Source of the DNA: Gemmatimonadales bacterium
GTDB taxonomy: Bacteria > Gemmatimonadota > Gemmatimonadetes > Gemmatimonadales > GWC2-71-9
Assembly (NCBI GenBank): GCA_038321865.1
Contig: JBBQFH010000035.1
Span: forward strand, 1 to 23,866
Length of the DNA stretch: 23,866 nt
Reading direction: 5' to 3'
Shown: in pieces, positions 1 through 8,233 of the stretch
Layout of the letters: each line of letters opens with the position of its first letter
How positions within the stretch are numbered: position 1 is the first letter of the stretch
The notes under the pieces: model-generated
What the model was told of the DNA's origin: nothing
The model's database searches: none
The model's input: only the letters and a program-made list of their open reading frames with translations
Translations under genes and position numbers: made by a program

Positions 1-1
1 G

Positions 2-241
2 ATCACGCTCGACCATGTGCGCCCGCGCCGCGGCCAGACCGCGTATGACCGCCCGGACAATCTCGTCCTGGCTTGTCGCGAGTGCAACGCCGCGAAGGCG
101 GATACGCCGCTGGTGGCGTTTCTCATGCAGAAGCGGGCGCGAGGCGTCTTCCTGCTCCATTATGGCGATCACCTGTCGGAGCCGCTGAAGGAGCTGGCGA
201 AGCAGGCGTCGGAGCGGCCGATCCTGGCGAAGGACGCGTAG
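2..241 (+). CDS. HNH endonuclease family protein (5'-truncated by window edge)
   Basis: The frame is open from position 2: ITLDHVRPRRGQ...DNLVLACRECNAAK matches the HNH pattern (DH-x-x-P...NL-x-x-x-C-x-x-CN-x-x-K). Stop is TAG at 239-241. Confidence 0.85.
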   Translation: MTLDHVRPRRGQTAYDRPDNLVLACRECNAAKADTPLVAFLMQKRARGVFLLHYGDHLSEPLKELAKQASERPILAKDA

Positions 242-268
242 GCAGAACGCGTTGCCGGTGATCAGAAG

Positions 269-298
269 GAAAGGGCGGCCCACTCGGGCCGCCCTTTC
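269..298. terminator. Intrinsic terminator-like hairpin, probably bidirectional
   Basis: Perfect 13-bp inverted repeat GAAAGGGCGGCCC-actc-GGGCCGCCCTTTC, lying between the convergent HNH and amidase stop codons, with A/T runs at both stem bases. Confidence 0.8.
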
Positions 299-318
299 GG
301 CATTCGGAATCCCCTGTT

Positions 319-1911
319 TCACCCCGGCCGCGGCGGCGCCCGGAACCGCCGCGACTGCCGCTCGTAGGCGTGCGCCAGCGACAGGACGCGGGCGTCCTCG
401 CCCGGGAGACCGACGACCGACAAGTTGAGCGCCGGCATCCCGTCGGCGCCGAGGCCGGCGGGGACCGATACCTCGGGGAGGCCGAGCCAGTTGCCGTAGC
501 CCAGGGTGGTGCGGATGTCGGGCCACTCGTCCACGGCGCGCGGCGCGTTGAAGGGCATCGTCGGATAGACCATCGCCACCACCCCCGCCGCCCGCATCGA
601 CGCCGCGAGCCCCCCCACCACCTCCGCGCGTGACTTGGCGAACGACCGGCCCGCCGGGTCCGACTCCATCGGCTGTTCGAGCAGCGGCTCGCATCCCTCG
701 TAGGTGGCGGGCAGCACGTCGTAGAAGGCACGATACGCCGGGTAGCCCAGGCGCACCGCGGCGCGCGCGTCGTCGGTGCGGCCGGCGAAATACCGGTAGA
801 GCGCGTTGGCCGTGGCCGCGGGCGACCGCGAGTCGGGGCGCACGTCGCCGCGATCGGTCGCGGCGGCGGTGAAGGCGTTCCGGTAGGTCGCGAGAGTGAC
901 CGACGGCACGAACGACTCGACGACGGCACCGGCGGCCTTGAGGTCGTCCACCGCACGATCCCACGTCGCCACCGCTTCCGCCGTCATCTTCGCGCGCGGG
1001 ACGTGGGCGTCGACGAGGCCGAGCCGGACGCCGGCGAGCGCGTCGTCGCGCAGCGCCGGCAGGGGCGCGCCGTTCCAGGCGCCGGCGAGCGCGAGCGGAT
1101 CGGAGGAGTCGGCCCCGGCGATGGCGGCGAGGTAGAGCGCCGCATCGGCCACCGTCCTCGCCAGCGGCCCGTGGGTGTCGAGGTACGGCCATGTCGGGAT
1201 CACGCCGGTGCGGGGCACCAGCCCGAAGCTCGGCTTCATGCCCACCACGCCGGTGAACTGCGCCGGAATCCGGTTGGAGCCGCCGTCGTCGGTGCCGAGC
1301 GCCGCGAACGCCATCCCACCGGCGACCGCCGCCGCGGAGCCCGCGCTCGATCCGCCGGGGGTGCGGGTGCCGGTCCGGTCGTGCGGATTCAGCACCTGTC
1401 CGGTGTGGCTGCTGGTGCCGTTGCCGCGGTAGGCGAAGTCGTCCGCCGCGGTCTTCCCGAGCACGATGGCGCCGGCCGCGCGGAGCCGCGCCACCTCGAG
1501 CGCGTCCCGCCGCACCGGCTCCGGAAAGAGCCGAGCCCATTCGGCGCTGGAGCCGGTGGTGGGGAGGCCCTTCATGTCGTAGATCGCCTTGGCGAAGACG
1601 GGAACGCCGTCGAGCGGCCCGCGGGAGTGGCCGGCCCGCCGGCGGGCGTCGGCCGCGCGCGCGTCGGCGAGGGCGGTGGGGGAGAGCACATCGATCGCAC
1701 GCCACGCCTTGCCGTCGGTGCCGCATCGCTCCAGCGCCCGCCTCGTCTCCTCGGCGGCGGTCCAGGCGCGGCGATGGAGGCCGGCCTGGTAGTCGGCGAT
1801 GGTACCTTCCAGCGGGTCGGGGCCGGCGGCGCTCCAGGCCGAACGAGGGAGAGCGGCACACGCCGTCAGGGCGGCAAGCTGGGCCAAAGCTTCGCGTCGA
1901 GTAGGATTCAT
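319..1911 (-). CDS. Amidase signature family enzyme with Tat signal peptide
   Basis: GPLDGVPVFAK (catalytic Lys), PGGSSAGSAAAVA, LGTDDGGSNRIPA (catalytic Ser), GMKPSFGLVPRTG. The N-terminus MNPTRREALAQLAAL...AWSA resembles a twin-arginine signal. Confidence 0.9.
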   Translation of the reverse strand: MNPTRREALAQLAALTACAALPRSAWSAAGPDPLEGTIADYQAGLHRRAWTAAEETRRALERCGTDGKAWRAIDVLSPTALADARAADARRRAGHSRGPLDGVPVFAKAIYDMKGLPTTGSSAEWARLFPEPVRRDALEVARLRAAGAIVLGKTAADDFAYRGNGTSSHTGQVLNPHDRTGTRTPGGSSAGSAAAVAGGMAFAALGTDDGGSNRIPAQFTGVVGMKPSFGLVPRTGVIPTWPYLDTHGPLARTVADAALYLAAIAGADSSDPLALAGAWNGAPLPALRDDALAGVRLGLVDAHVPRAKMTAEAVATWDRAVDDLKAAGAVVESFVPSVTLATYRNAFTAAATDRGDVRPDSRSPAATANALYRYFAGRTDDARAAVRLGYPAYRAFYDVLPATYEGCEPLLEQPMESDPAGRSFAKSRAEVVGGLAASMRAAGVVAMVYPTMPFNAPRAVDEWPDIRTTLGYGNWLGLPEVSVPAGLGADGMPALNLSVVGLPGEDARVLSLAHAYERQSRRFRAPPRPG

Positions 1912-1968
1912 GACTGGAACATCACATCCAATCGGCCCGCGTCAATGGACGAGCCGGCGAGGAACCCG

Positions 1969-2898
1969 ATGATCCGATCATACGCAGGATCGAAAGCCGC
2001 AGCGCTGGTCGCGCTTGCGCTGATGCTGCCCGCGGTCACCGTGGCGCAGTCGCCTTCGCCCCGCGCGGCGCGCACCCGCGTCGTGATGCTCGGCACCGGG
2101 AACCCCGCCGCCGATCCCGACCGCTTCGGCCCCGCGGTCGTGGTGCTGGTGGACAGCACGCCGTACCTCTTCGACATGGGCGTCGGCGTCGTCCGCCGCT
2201 GGGCGGCGGCGCTCCGGAATGGCGTGGCACCGCTGGATCCGGCGTCGCTTCGCACCGCGTTCGTCACCCACCTCCATTCGGATCACACACTGGGCTACGC
2301 GGAGCTGATCTTCAGCTCGTGGACGATCGAGCGGGGACCGCACCGGCCGCTCGAGATCTACGGGCCGAAGGGCCTCCAGGCGATGACCGATCATCTGCTG
2401 GCGGCGTACGCGGACGACCTCGCCGTACGTACCGGGAAGGACGGGGAACGGGAGGGAGACGCGCCGCCGGTGGTGCACGTGCACGAGACGGCGGCAGGTG
2501 TGGTCTACCGCGACTCGCTGGTGACGGTGACTGCATTCCCGGCGCATCATGGCAGCTGGGCCGATGCGTTCGGGTACCGGATCCAGACGCCCGATCGCGT
2601 GATCGTCCTCTCCGGTGATGCCGGTCCGCCGTCGGAGCTTGCCGCCCAGTGCCGAGGCTGCGACCTGCTGCTGCACGAGGGCGGCTTCCGCACGGCGGCG
2701 GAGGCGACGCCCTACTACCGGAAGTTCCACACGACGACGGAAGATCTGGCACGGATCGCGGCGGCGGCGCAGCCGAAGCTGCTTGTGCTCTATCACCAGC
2801 CGCCGGCCGGGCCGGTTCCGGAGCGGGGCTACTCGGCGTTCAGGGCGCTGTATGCGGGGCCGTTCGTGGTGGCGAGGGACCTCGACGTCTTTCGCTGA
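1969..2898 (+). CDS. Secreted metallo-beta-lactamase-fold hydrolase, RNase Z/ElaC/AtsA-like
   Basis: MLGTG, LFDMG, THLHSDH, AHHG, SGDA, LLHE, FHTT and LYHQ motifs, plus a hydrophobic signal peptide ending ..VTVA-Q. Start chosen at ATG 1969 with GAGGA just upstream. The 1003 start in the ORF track overlaps the amidase antisense. Confidence 0.85.
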   Translation: MIRSYAGSKAAALVALALMLPAVTVAQSPSPRAARTRVVMLGTGNPAADPDRFGPAVVVLVDSTPYLFDMGVGVVRRWAAALRNGVAPLDPASLRTAFVTHLHSDHTLGYAELIFSSWTIERGPHRPLEIYGPKGLQAMTDHLLAAYADDLAVRTGKDGEREGDAPPVVHVHETAAGVVYRDSLVTVTAFPAHHGSWADAFGYRIQTPDRVIVLSGDAGPPSELAAQCRGCDLLLHEGGFRTAAEATPYYRKFHTTTEDLARIAAAAQPKLLVLYHQPPAGPVPERGYSAFRALYAGPFVVARDLDVFR

Positions 2899-2914
2899 TC
2901 CTGCCTGCCGTGGG

Positions 2915-4714
2915 CTACGGCAGCGCCGTCACCGTCAGATGAGACGGATACCGCGGCGTGTGCCAGACCCGGTGTGTTTGCGACCGGAAGTCTCCAGGCT
3001 TCGCGGCGAAGATGTTGGGGACGAAGGTCTGCGGGTTCCGGTCGTAGAGCGGAAACCAGCTGCTCTGGACCTGCACCATCAGCCGATGCCCCTTCCGGAA
3101 GCGGTAGAGCTGCTCGTGCAGATCCACCGTGAACGGTGTCACGGTGTTGGCGGGAACCGGCACCGCCCGGGTGAATCCCTTCCAGTATCGGCCGCGTATC
3201 ACGTCGGCGTTGACGATCAGCTGGTAGCCGGCGACAGCGGGGTTGCCGCCGCTGTCGGGCTGGACGTCGATCAGCTTCACCACCCAGTCGGCATCGGTGC
3301 CGGTGGTCGAGGCGAAGAGATGCGCCACCACATCCCCCGCGATCGTCAGATCCTTCGCCAGCGGCTCCGAGACCCAGCTCCGCACGTCGGGCCGGCCGTC
3401 GACGAAGCGCTGGTCCTGCTGCAGCCAGGTGCGCCAGCCGTTCCCGTCGTCGGCACGCGGCATGAACGGCACCGGGTGCGCCGGATCGGATACGTACGCA
3501 TCGTACGCCGGCGCGCCGGCCGGCGGCGGTTCGAAGGAGAGCCGCCCGCCGGCCCGCAGGTACAGCTGCTTCGGCGCCGCGTTCTTCGGCGGCCACGCGT
3601 CGAAGGTGCGCCACCGGTTCCCGCCGGTCTCGAAAACCCACGCCTCGGGAAAGCGGCCATCGCCCGCGCCGTGCAGATAGTGGGCGAACCACGGCCGCTG
3701 GATGCTCGCGCGGAAATACTCCGCTGTGTTGCTCCCCAGCCCGATCGGGCCGAGTGAATCACCGCCGGGCATGGCCCACTGTCCGTGGAACCACGGGCCG
3801 AGCACGATCCGGTTCCAGCCGTGCGTGTCGGTCCGTTCCACCGTGTGATACGCCAGCTGCGCCCCCAGGATGTCCTCCTGGTCCCACCACCCGCCCACGA
3901 ACAGGATCGGCACCTCGGCCTTCGTGAGCACGTTCTGCATCGCCTTCGCCTGCCAGTAGCCGTCCCACGCGGGATGCGTGCTGTACCCGATCCACGACGG
4001 GAGGTGCGTCACCCCCATCGCCTTCGCCAGCGAATCGAGCGTCTGATAGCCGAGGTAGAAGGCGTACTGGTCGACGTCGGGGATCGGGAGGAAATGCGGC
4101 TCCGCCTTGTCGAACTCCATGAACGCGGCGTACACCAGCGCCTGCGTCTGGCGGAAGGCGCCCTGGTGGAAGAAGTCGTCGCCCAGCCAGGTGTCGGTGG
4201 TCGGCGCCTGCGGCGAGATCGCCTTGAGCGCCGGATGCGCGCCCACGCCGGCCAGCCCGGCGAGCCACCCGCCGTACGAGATCCCCATGACGCCGACTCG
4301 ACCGTTGTTCCCTTCGACGTGCTTCACCAGCCAGTCGATGGTGTCGTAGGCATCGGTCGACTCGTTGGTGCCCTTCGGATTCTTCGGATCGTTCTGCGCC
4401 CGGCTGATCACGAACTCGCCGTCGGACCCGAACCGCCCGCGCACGTCTTCCACCACGAAGATGTACCCGTCCTCGGCCAGCTCGCGGTACGCGGCGGGCA
4501 GCTCCGCGCTTCGGAACGCCTGGGCCGCACCATACGGTGTCCGGATCAGGATGATGGGGAGCGGATCGCGCGCGGCCTTCGGCATCAGCGCGACCGCGAA
4601 GAGCCGGCTCCCGTCGCGGACGGGAATGGTGAGCTCCCGGCGCTCGTACGAGGGCGGCTGCTGCCCGCTGGCCGGGGCACTTCCGCCCAGCACCACGAGC
4701 AGCAGGAGGGACAT
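2915..4714 (-). CDS. CocE/NonD family serine hydrolase (alpha-amino acid ester hydrolase / glutaryl-7-ACA acylase-like), exported
   Basis: ILIRTPY, EDVRGRFGSDG, nucleophile GISYGG, GWWDQED (Asp), GPWFHG (His), and a C-terminal jelly-roll region (YVSDPAHPVP, DQRFVDGRPDV, QSSWFPLYDRNPQ). The N-terminus is signal-like. Confidence 0.92.
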   Translation of the reverse strand: MSLLLLVVLGGSAPASGQQPPSYERRELTIPVRDGSRLFAVALMPKAARDPLPIILIRTPYGAAQAFRSAELPAAYRELAEDGYIFVVEDVRGRFGSDGEFVISRAQNDPKNPKGTNESTDAYDTIDWLVKHVEGNNGRVGVMGISYGGWLAGLAGVGAHPALKAISPQAPTTDTWLGDDFFHQGAFRQTQALVYAAFMEFDKAEPHFLPIPDVDQYAFYLGYQTLDSLAKAMGVTHLPSWIGYSTHPAWDGYWQAKAMQNVLTKAEVPILFVGGWWDQEDILGAQLAYHTVERTDTHGWNRIVLGPWFHGQWAMPGGDSLGPIGLGSNTAEYFRASIQRPWFAHYLHGAGDGRFPEAWVFETGGNRWRTFDAWPPKNAAPKQLYLRAGGRLSFEPPPAGAPAYDAYVSDPAHPVPFMPRADDGNGWRTWLQQDQRFVDGRPDVRSWVSEPLAKDLTIAGDVVAHLFASTTGTDADWVVKLIDVQPDSGGNPAVAGYQLIVNADVIRGRYWKGFTRAVPVPANTVTPFTVDLHEQLYRFRKGHRLMVQVQSSWFPLYDRNPQTFVPNIFAAKPGDFRSQTHRVWHTPRYPSHLTVTALP

Positions 4715-4861
4715 GCGTCTCAGGTTCCGCTCCTCAAGTCACCCCTCCTTCGGGACGCAGACTGACAGGGTATCCGCGAGTTGTGATGGACCAGCCAGCC
4801 CGGCTGAGCCGATTCCGTGACTAAAGCTATATCAAGCCACCACTTGAGGCATGCCCCGTCC

Positions 4862-4877
4862 CGGCTCGGATATTGCT
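4862..4877 (+). promoter_or_regulatory. Putative sigma-54 (-24/-12) promoter
   Basis: CGGCTCGGATATTGCT has GG (4863-4864)-N10-GC (4875-4876) with the TTGCT -12 element, about 37 nt upstream of ATG 4914. Consensus is TGGCAC-N5-TTGCW. Confidence 0.55.
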
Positions 4878-4913
4878 TTTCCCCTGAGGTCCGTCACCCC
4901 CAACAGGCCAGGC

Positions 4914-6950
4914 ATGGAAGCGTCCCGCTCAGCCCGAGAACGAACTCCTGCCGACACGACGCTGTCCCGGAAGCTCGCGGACTTCCTCGTGGAGTTCTCC
5001 ATCGCGCTGCACAAGCGGTCGATCTACCCCGCGGGACACCCCTACCTCCACTCGTCCTCCGACCGCTTCGCCGGCCGCGTCGCGATGCTGCTCGAGTCGC
5101 GGGAGTCGGTCACCATCGGCGTGGCGCGCGACCGGCTGGTGATCGAGTCGGCGACGACCGACCCCGCCAACGCGCTGCTGCGCGAGCTGTCCCATCGGCT
5201 GCACCGCCACCAGATCGCCTCGCTCAGCTTCTCGCACGGCGCCACCCTCGACGAGATCGAGGGGCTCCTCTCCGCCATCAGCGGCGACCCCGACCGCGCG
5301 GACGGGCCGCTTGGCCGCCGGCTCGGCGCCGCGGCCTGGGAGCACATCCAGTTGCATGCTGCGGGCTACGACCGGCTCGCGCTGGAGGATGGCGCCGGCG
5401 ACGGTGAGCACGACCCGGAGCGACACGACTTCTGGCTGTCGCTCGCGCAGGCCGCGGTGGCGGGAGAGCCGATGAGCGCGCCGCCGGCCGACGCCGACGA
5501 CGAGCTCATCGTGACCGCGACCGATCGCGAGGCCCGCGACGCTCCGTACGATTCCGTCGTGCTCGGCTACCTGTCGCAGGTGGCGGAGGAACAGTCGGGG
5601 CGCGCGGGAGTGGGAGAGGCCCGGCTCCGGCGGCGCGTTTCCCGGCTGCTGAATGCGCTCGATCCGGAATCGCTCCGCGGCCTGCTCGAGACCGGTGCCG
5701 ACCTGTCGCAGCGGCAGCAGCCGCTGCTGGCGGCATCGCAGATGGTGGCCGTGGACGCGGTCGCCGAGGTGCTCGAGTCCGCCGCGACGGCGCCGCACCG
5801 GACCATCTCGCACAGCCTGCTCACGCTGCTGCACAAGCTGGCGCACCAGACCACCGGCGCCGCCGCGACCAGGGTCGAATCCGACGTGGCGCTGCGCCGG
5901 AACGTCGCCCGCCTGATCAGCAACTGGGAGCTCGACGACCCCAACCCCGGCGAGTACACCGCGATTCTCCAGGGCATGGTGCGCGAGATGCCGGTCGTGG
6001 GGCAGTACCAGTCGGAGACGCACTGCGACCCCGAGGTCCTCGTCAGCATGGCGGTCGAGGTGGACGGCATCGGTGCCGCGGTCGCGGCGGCCGCGGAAGC
6101 GATGGCCGACGGCGGACAGCTCGCTCGCCTGGCCGGCATCCTCGACGCCGCCCCGGAGAGCATCACGGCGGGCGAACTCTGGCCCTGGATCGCGACCGCC
6201 GAGCGTCTCCGCGCCGCGCTCGATCGTCCCGCGCCCGACCAGGGTGACGTGGCGATTCTCGCCGAGCACCTGGGTGCCGCCGCCATGGAGCCGCTGCTCG
6301 ATGCGCTCGGGCACGCCACCATCCGCGCGCACCGCGCCGCCATCCTCAAGCACATCTTCGCCCTCGGCCCCGGCTGCGCCGGCGCGGCGGCGGCGCGGCT
6401 TCCCGGCGCGCCCTGGTTCGTCCAGCGCAACATCCTGCTCCTCATTGGCCAATGGCAGACGTGGCCCGACGGGTTCTCGCCGCTGCCCTACGCCGCCGAA
6501 GGCGACGTGCGTGTCCGCCGCGAGGCGATCAAGCTGCTCGTCGCGTCGGATATCCACCGTAGCAAGGCCATCGTGTCGGCGCTGGCCGACCGCGACGACG
6601 TCATCGTGACGCTCGCGCTCGATGCCGCGATCGAGGCGTGCCCGAGGGAGGCGCTGCCCCTCATCCGGCAACTCGTCGCCGCCCCCGGTGGCGACCAGGC
6701 GCTCCGCGCGCGGGCGGTTCGGGTCCTCGCCCGGTGGGGCGGGCCCGAGACGCTGGATCTCCTCGTCGGTCTGGCCCGCGCCCGCCGGTGGCTGCGGCAG
6801 CCGCTCGCACCGCGGTCGCCCGCGATGCTGGCCGCGATCGGCGGGCTCGCCCAGCGCTGGGCCGGTGAGCCCAGCGCGGTCGCGGTGCTCCGCGACGCCC
6901 TCCGCCACCGGGATCTTCAGGTCCGGAACGCCGCCCGGGGACACTCGTGA
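4914..6950 (+). CDS. HEAT-repeat (alpha-solenoid) protein with N-terminal YPxGHP domain
   Basis: C-terminal HEAT/PBS-lyase-like units: PWFVQRNILLLIG, DVRVRREAIKLL, DQALRARAVRVLARWG, DLQVRNAA. The stop overlaps the next start (GTGA 6947-6950). Start 4914 is preferred over 4851 because the putative promoter lies between them. Confidence 0.75.
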   Translation: MEASRSARERTPADTTLSRKLADFLVEFSIALHKRSIYPAGHPYLHSSSDRFAGRVAMLLESRESVTIGVARDRLVIESATTDPANALLRELSHRLHRHQIASLSFSHGATLDEIEGLLSAISGDPDRADGPLGRRLGAAAWEHIQLHAAGYDRLALEDGAGDGEHDPERHDFWLSLAQAAVAGEPMSAPPADADDELIVTATDREARDAPYDSVVLGYLSQVAEEQSGRAGVGEARLRRRVSRLLNALDPESLRGLLETGADLSQRQQPLLAASQMVAVDAVAEVLESAATAPHRTISHSLLTLLHKLAHQTTGAAATRVESDVALRRNVARLISNWELDDPNPGEYTAILQGMVREMPVVGQYQSETHCDPEVLVSMAVEVDGIGAAVAAAAEAMADGGQLARLAGILDAAPESITAGELWPWIATAERLRAALDRPAPDQGDVAILAEHLGAAAMEPLLDALGHATIRAHRAAILKHIFALGPGCAGAAAARLPGAPWFVQRNILLLIGQWQTWPDGFSPLPYAAEGDVRVRREAIKLLVASDIHRSKAIVSALADRDDVIVTLALDAAIEACPREALPLIRQLVAAPGGDQALRARAVRVLARWGGPETLDLLVGLARARRWLRQPLAPRSPAMLAAIGGLAQRWAGEPSAVAVLRDALRHRDLQVRNAARGHS

Positions 6951-8221
6951 GCGATCCGGTCCTCTTCCTCCAGGGTCTCTCCCAGGCGCTCTCGACGCTC
7001 GGTCTCTACGGCGCCGGACATCCGGCGGCCGCCCGGACGGCCGAGGCCGCGTACCTCAAGCTGATCGACATGCAGGGGAGCCGGCCGCAGATCCAGTTCA
7101 CTTTCCTGGCCGGCGAGGTGCTGTTCGGCGACGAGCTGCAGCCGGCGCTCGCGGGCTGGGAGTGGAGCGAACGCCTCGCGGCGGCCGGGATCGAGCGGAT
7201 GGAATTCGTCGAGGCGGTGGAGCTCGCCGATTTCGAGTGGCTGCTGGCGCACCTCGCGGCCCGCGTCGGCCTCGGGCTGGAGCCGGCCGACCCGCGGCAG
7301 ACGGGGCCCTCGTCCATCCGGCTCGGCCGGCTCAAGCTGTCCGGCGGCGGCGAGCATGACGCGGCGTCCGGCGCGGCCCGCCCGGCGGACGGCACGCCGA
7401 CGATCGCGCGCCTGAGCTACAACCTGCACGATGAGCGGGAAATGCTCAGCTGGATCCACGACGAGGTGCGGAACGGCAGCCCGCTCGCGCTGGCCGAGGC
7501 CGACGCGGTGGTGCGCTCGCTCTCGCTGGCGATGCACGCCGAGCAGGTGATGGTCCTGCCGCTGCTGCAGCTCAAGGAGTTCGACCAGTACACCACGACC
7601 CACTCGATGAACGTCGCGGTGCTGGCGATGGCGCTCGGCGAGTTTCTCGAGCTGGGCCCCGCCGTGGTCCGCTCCCTCGGGTTCGCGGCGCTGCTGCACG
7701 ACCTCGGCAAGGTGTGCATCCCGCTGGACATTCTCCACAAGCCGGGCCCGCTGGATGCGGCCGAGCGCGCCGTGGTCGAGCGGCACCCCGGTGTCGGCGC
7801 GAAGATCCTGCTGGAGAGCCCCGATGTGATCGCGATCGCATCGGTGGTGGCCTACGAGCATCACGTGATGATCGACGGCGGCGGATATCCGCACCTGCCG
7901 AATGCGCGCGGCGCGCAGTACGCCAGCCGCCTGGTTCACGTCTGCGACGTCTACGATGCGCTCCGCACCCGGCGCCCGTATCGTGAGGCCTGGGGATCGG
8001 AACAGGCCCTCGCCTACATCGAGGGCCGGGCGGGACTCGAGTTCGATCCGACCATTGTGCGGGCATTCGTGACGATGATCCGGCGATGGGACCTGCGGGT
8101 GGCGCAGATGACCGCCGCGTCCCTCGGCGGCGGACGGGATCCGGCGGAGCTCGCCGTTTCCCCGGTGTCGTCGGTGCAGCCGGATATGGGTCCGGGGTTC
8201 CACCACTCGCGACGGGGCTGA
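6947..8221 (+). CDS. HD-GYP domain cyclic-dinucleotide phosphodiesterase
   Basis: DQYTTTHSMNVA, LLHDLGK, ILHKPGPL, RHPGVGA, YEHH..DGGGYP, VCDVYDALRTRRPYR, FDP. Confidence 0.92.
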   Translation: MSDPVLFLQGLSQALSTLGLYGAGHPAAARTAEAAYLKLIDMQGSRPQIQFTFLAGEVLFGDELQPALAGWEWSERLAAAGIERMEFVEAVELADFEWLLAHLAARVGLGLEPADPRQTGPSSIRLGRLKLSGGGEHDAASGAARPADGTPTIARLSYNLHDEREMLSWIHDEVRNGSPLALAEADAVVRSLSLAMHAEQVMVLPLLQLKEFDQYTTTHSMNVAVLAMALGEFLELGPAVVRSLGFAALLHDLGKVCIPLDILHKPGPLDAAERAVVERHPGVGAKILLESPDVIAIASVVAYEHHVMIDGGGYPHLPNARGAQYASRLVHVCDVYDALRTRRPYREAWGSEQALAYIEGRAGLEFDPTIVRAFVTMIRRWDLRVAQMTAASLGGGRDPAELAVSPVSSVQPDMGPGFHHSRRG

Positions 8222-8233
8222 CGCGCCCGCCGG

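Noticed and set aside
2..241. HNH gene as part of a defence or mobile system with the kinases
   Set aside because: It is truncated, separated by a terminator and over 9 kb from the kinases. No methylase, integrase or transposase is visible.
1003..1968. Long N-terminal extension of the MBL-fold ORF
   Set aside because: It is antisense to the amidase. The RBS and signal peptide point to a start at 1969.
4929..6944. 671-aa antisense ORF
   Set aside because: It is a shadow of the HEAT gene. High GC suppresses stops and there are no recognisable motifs.
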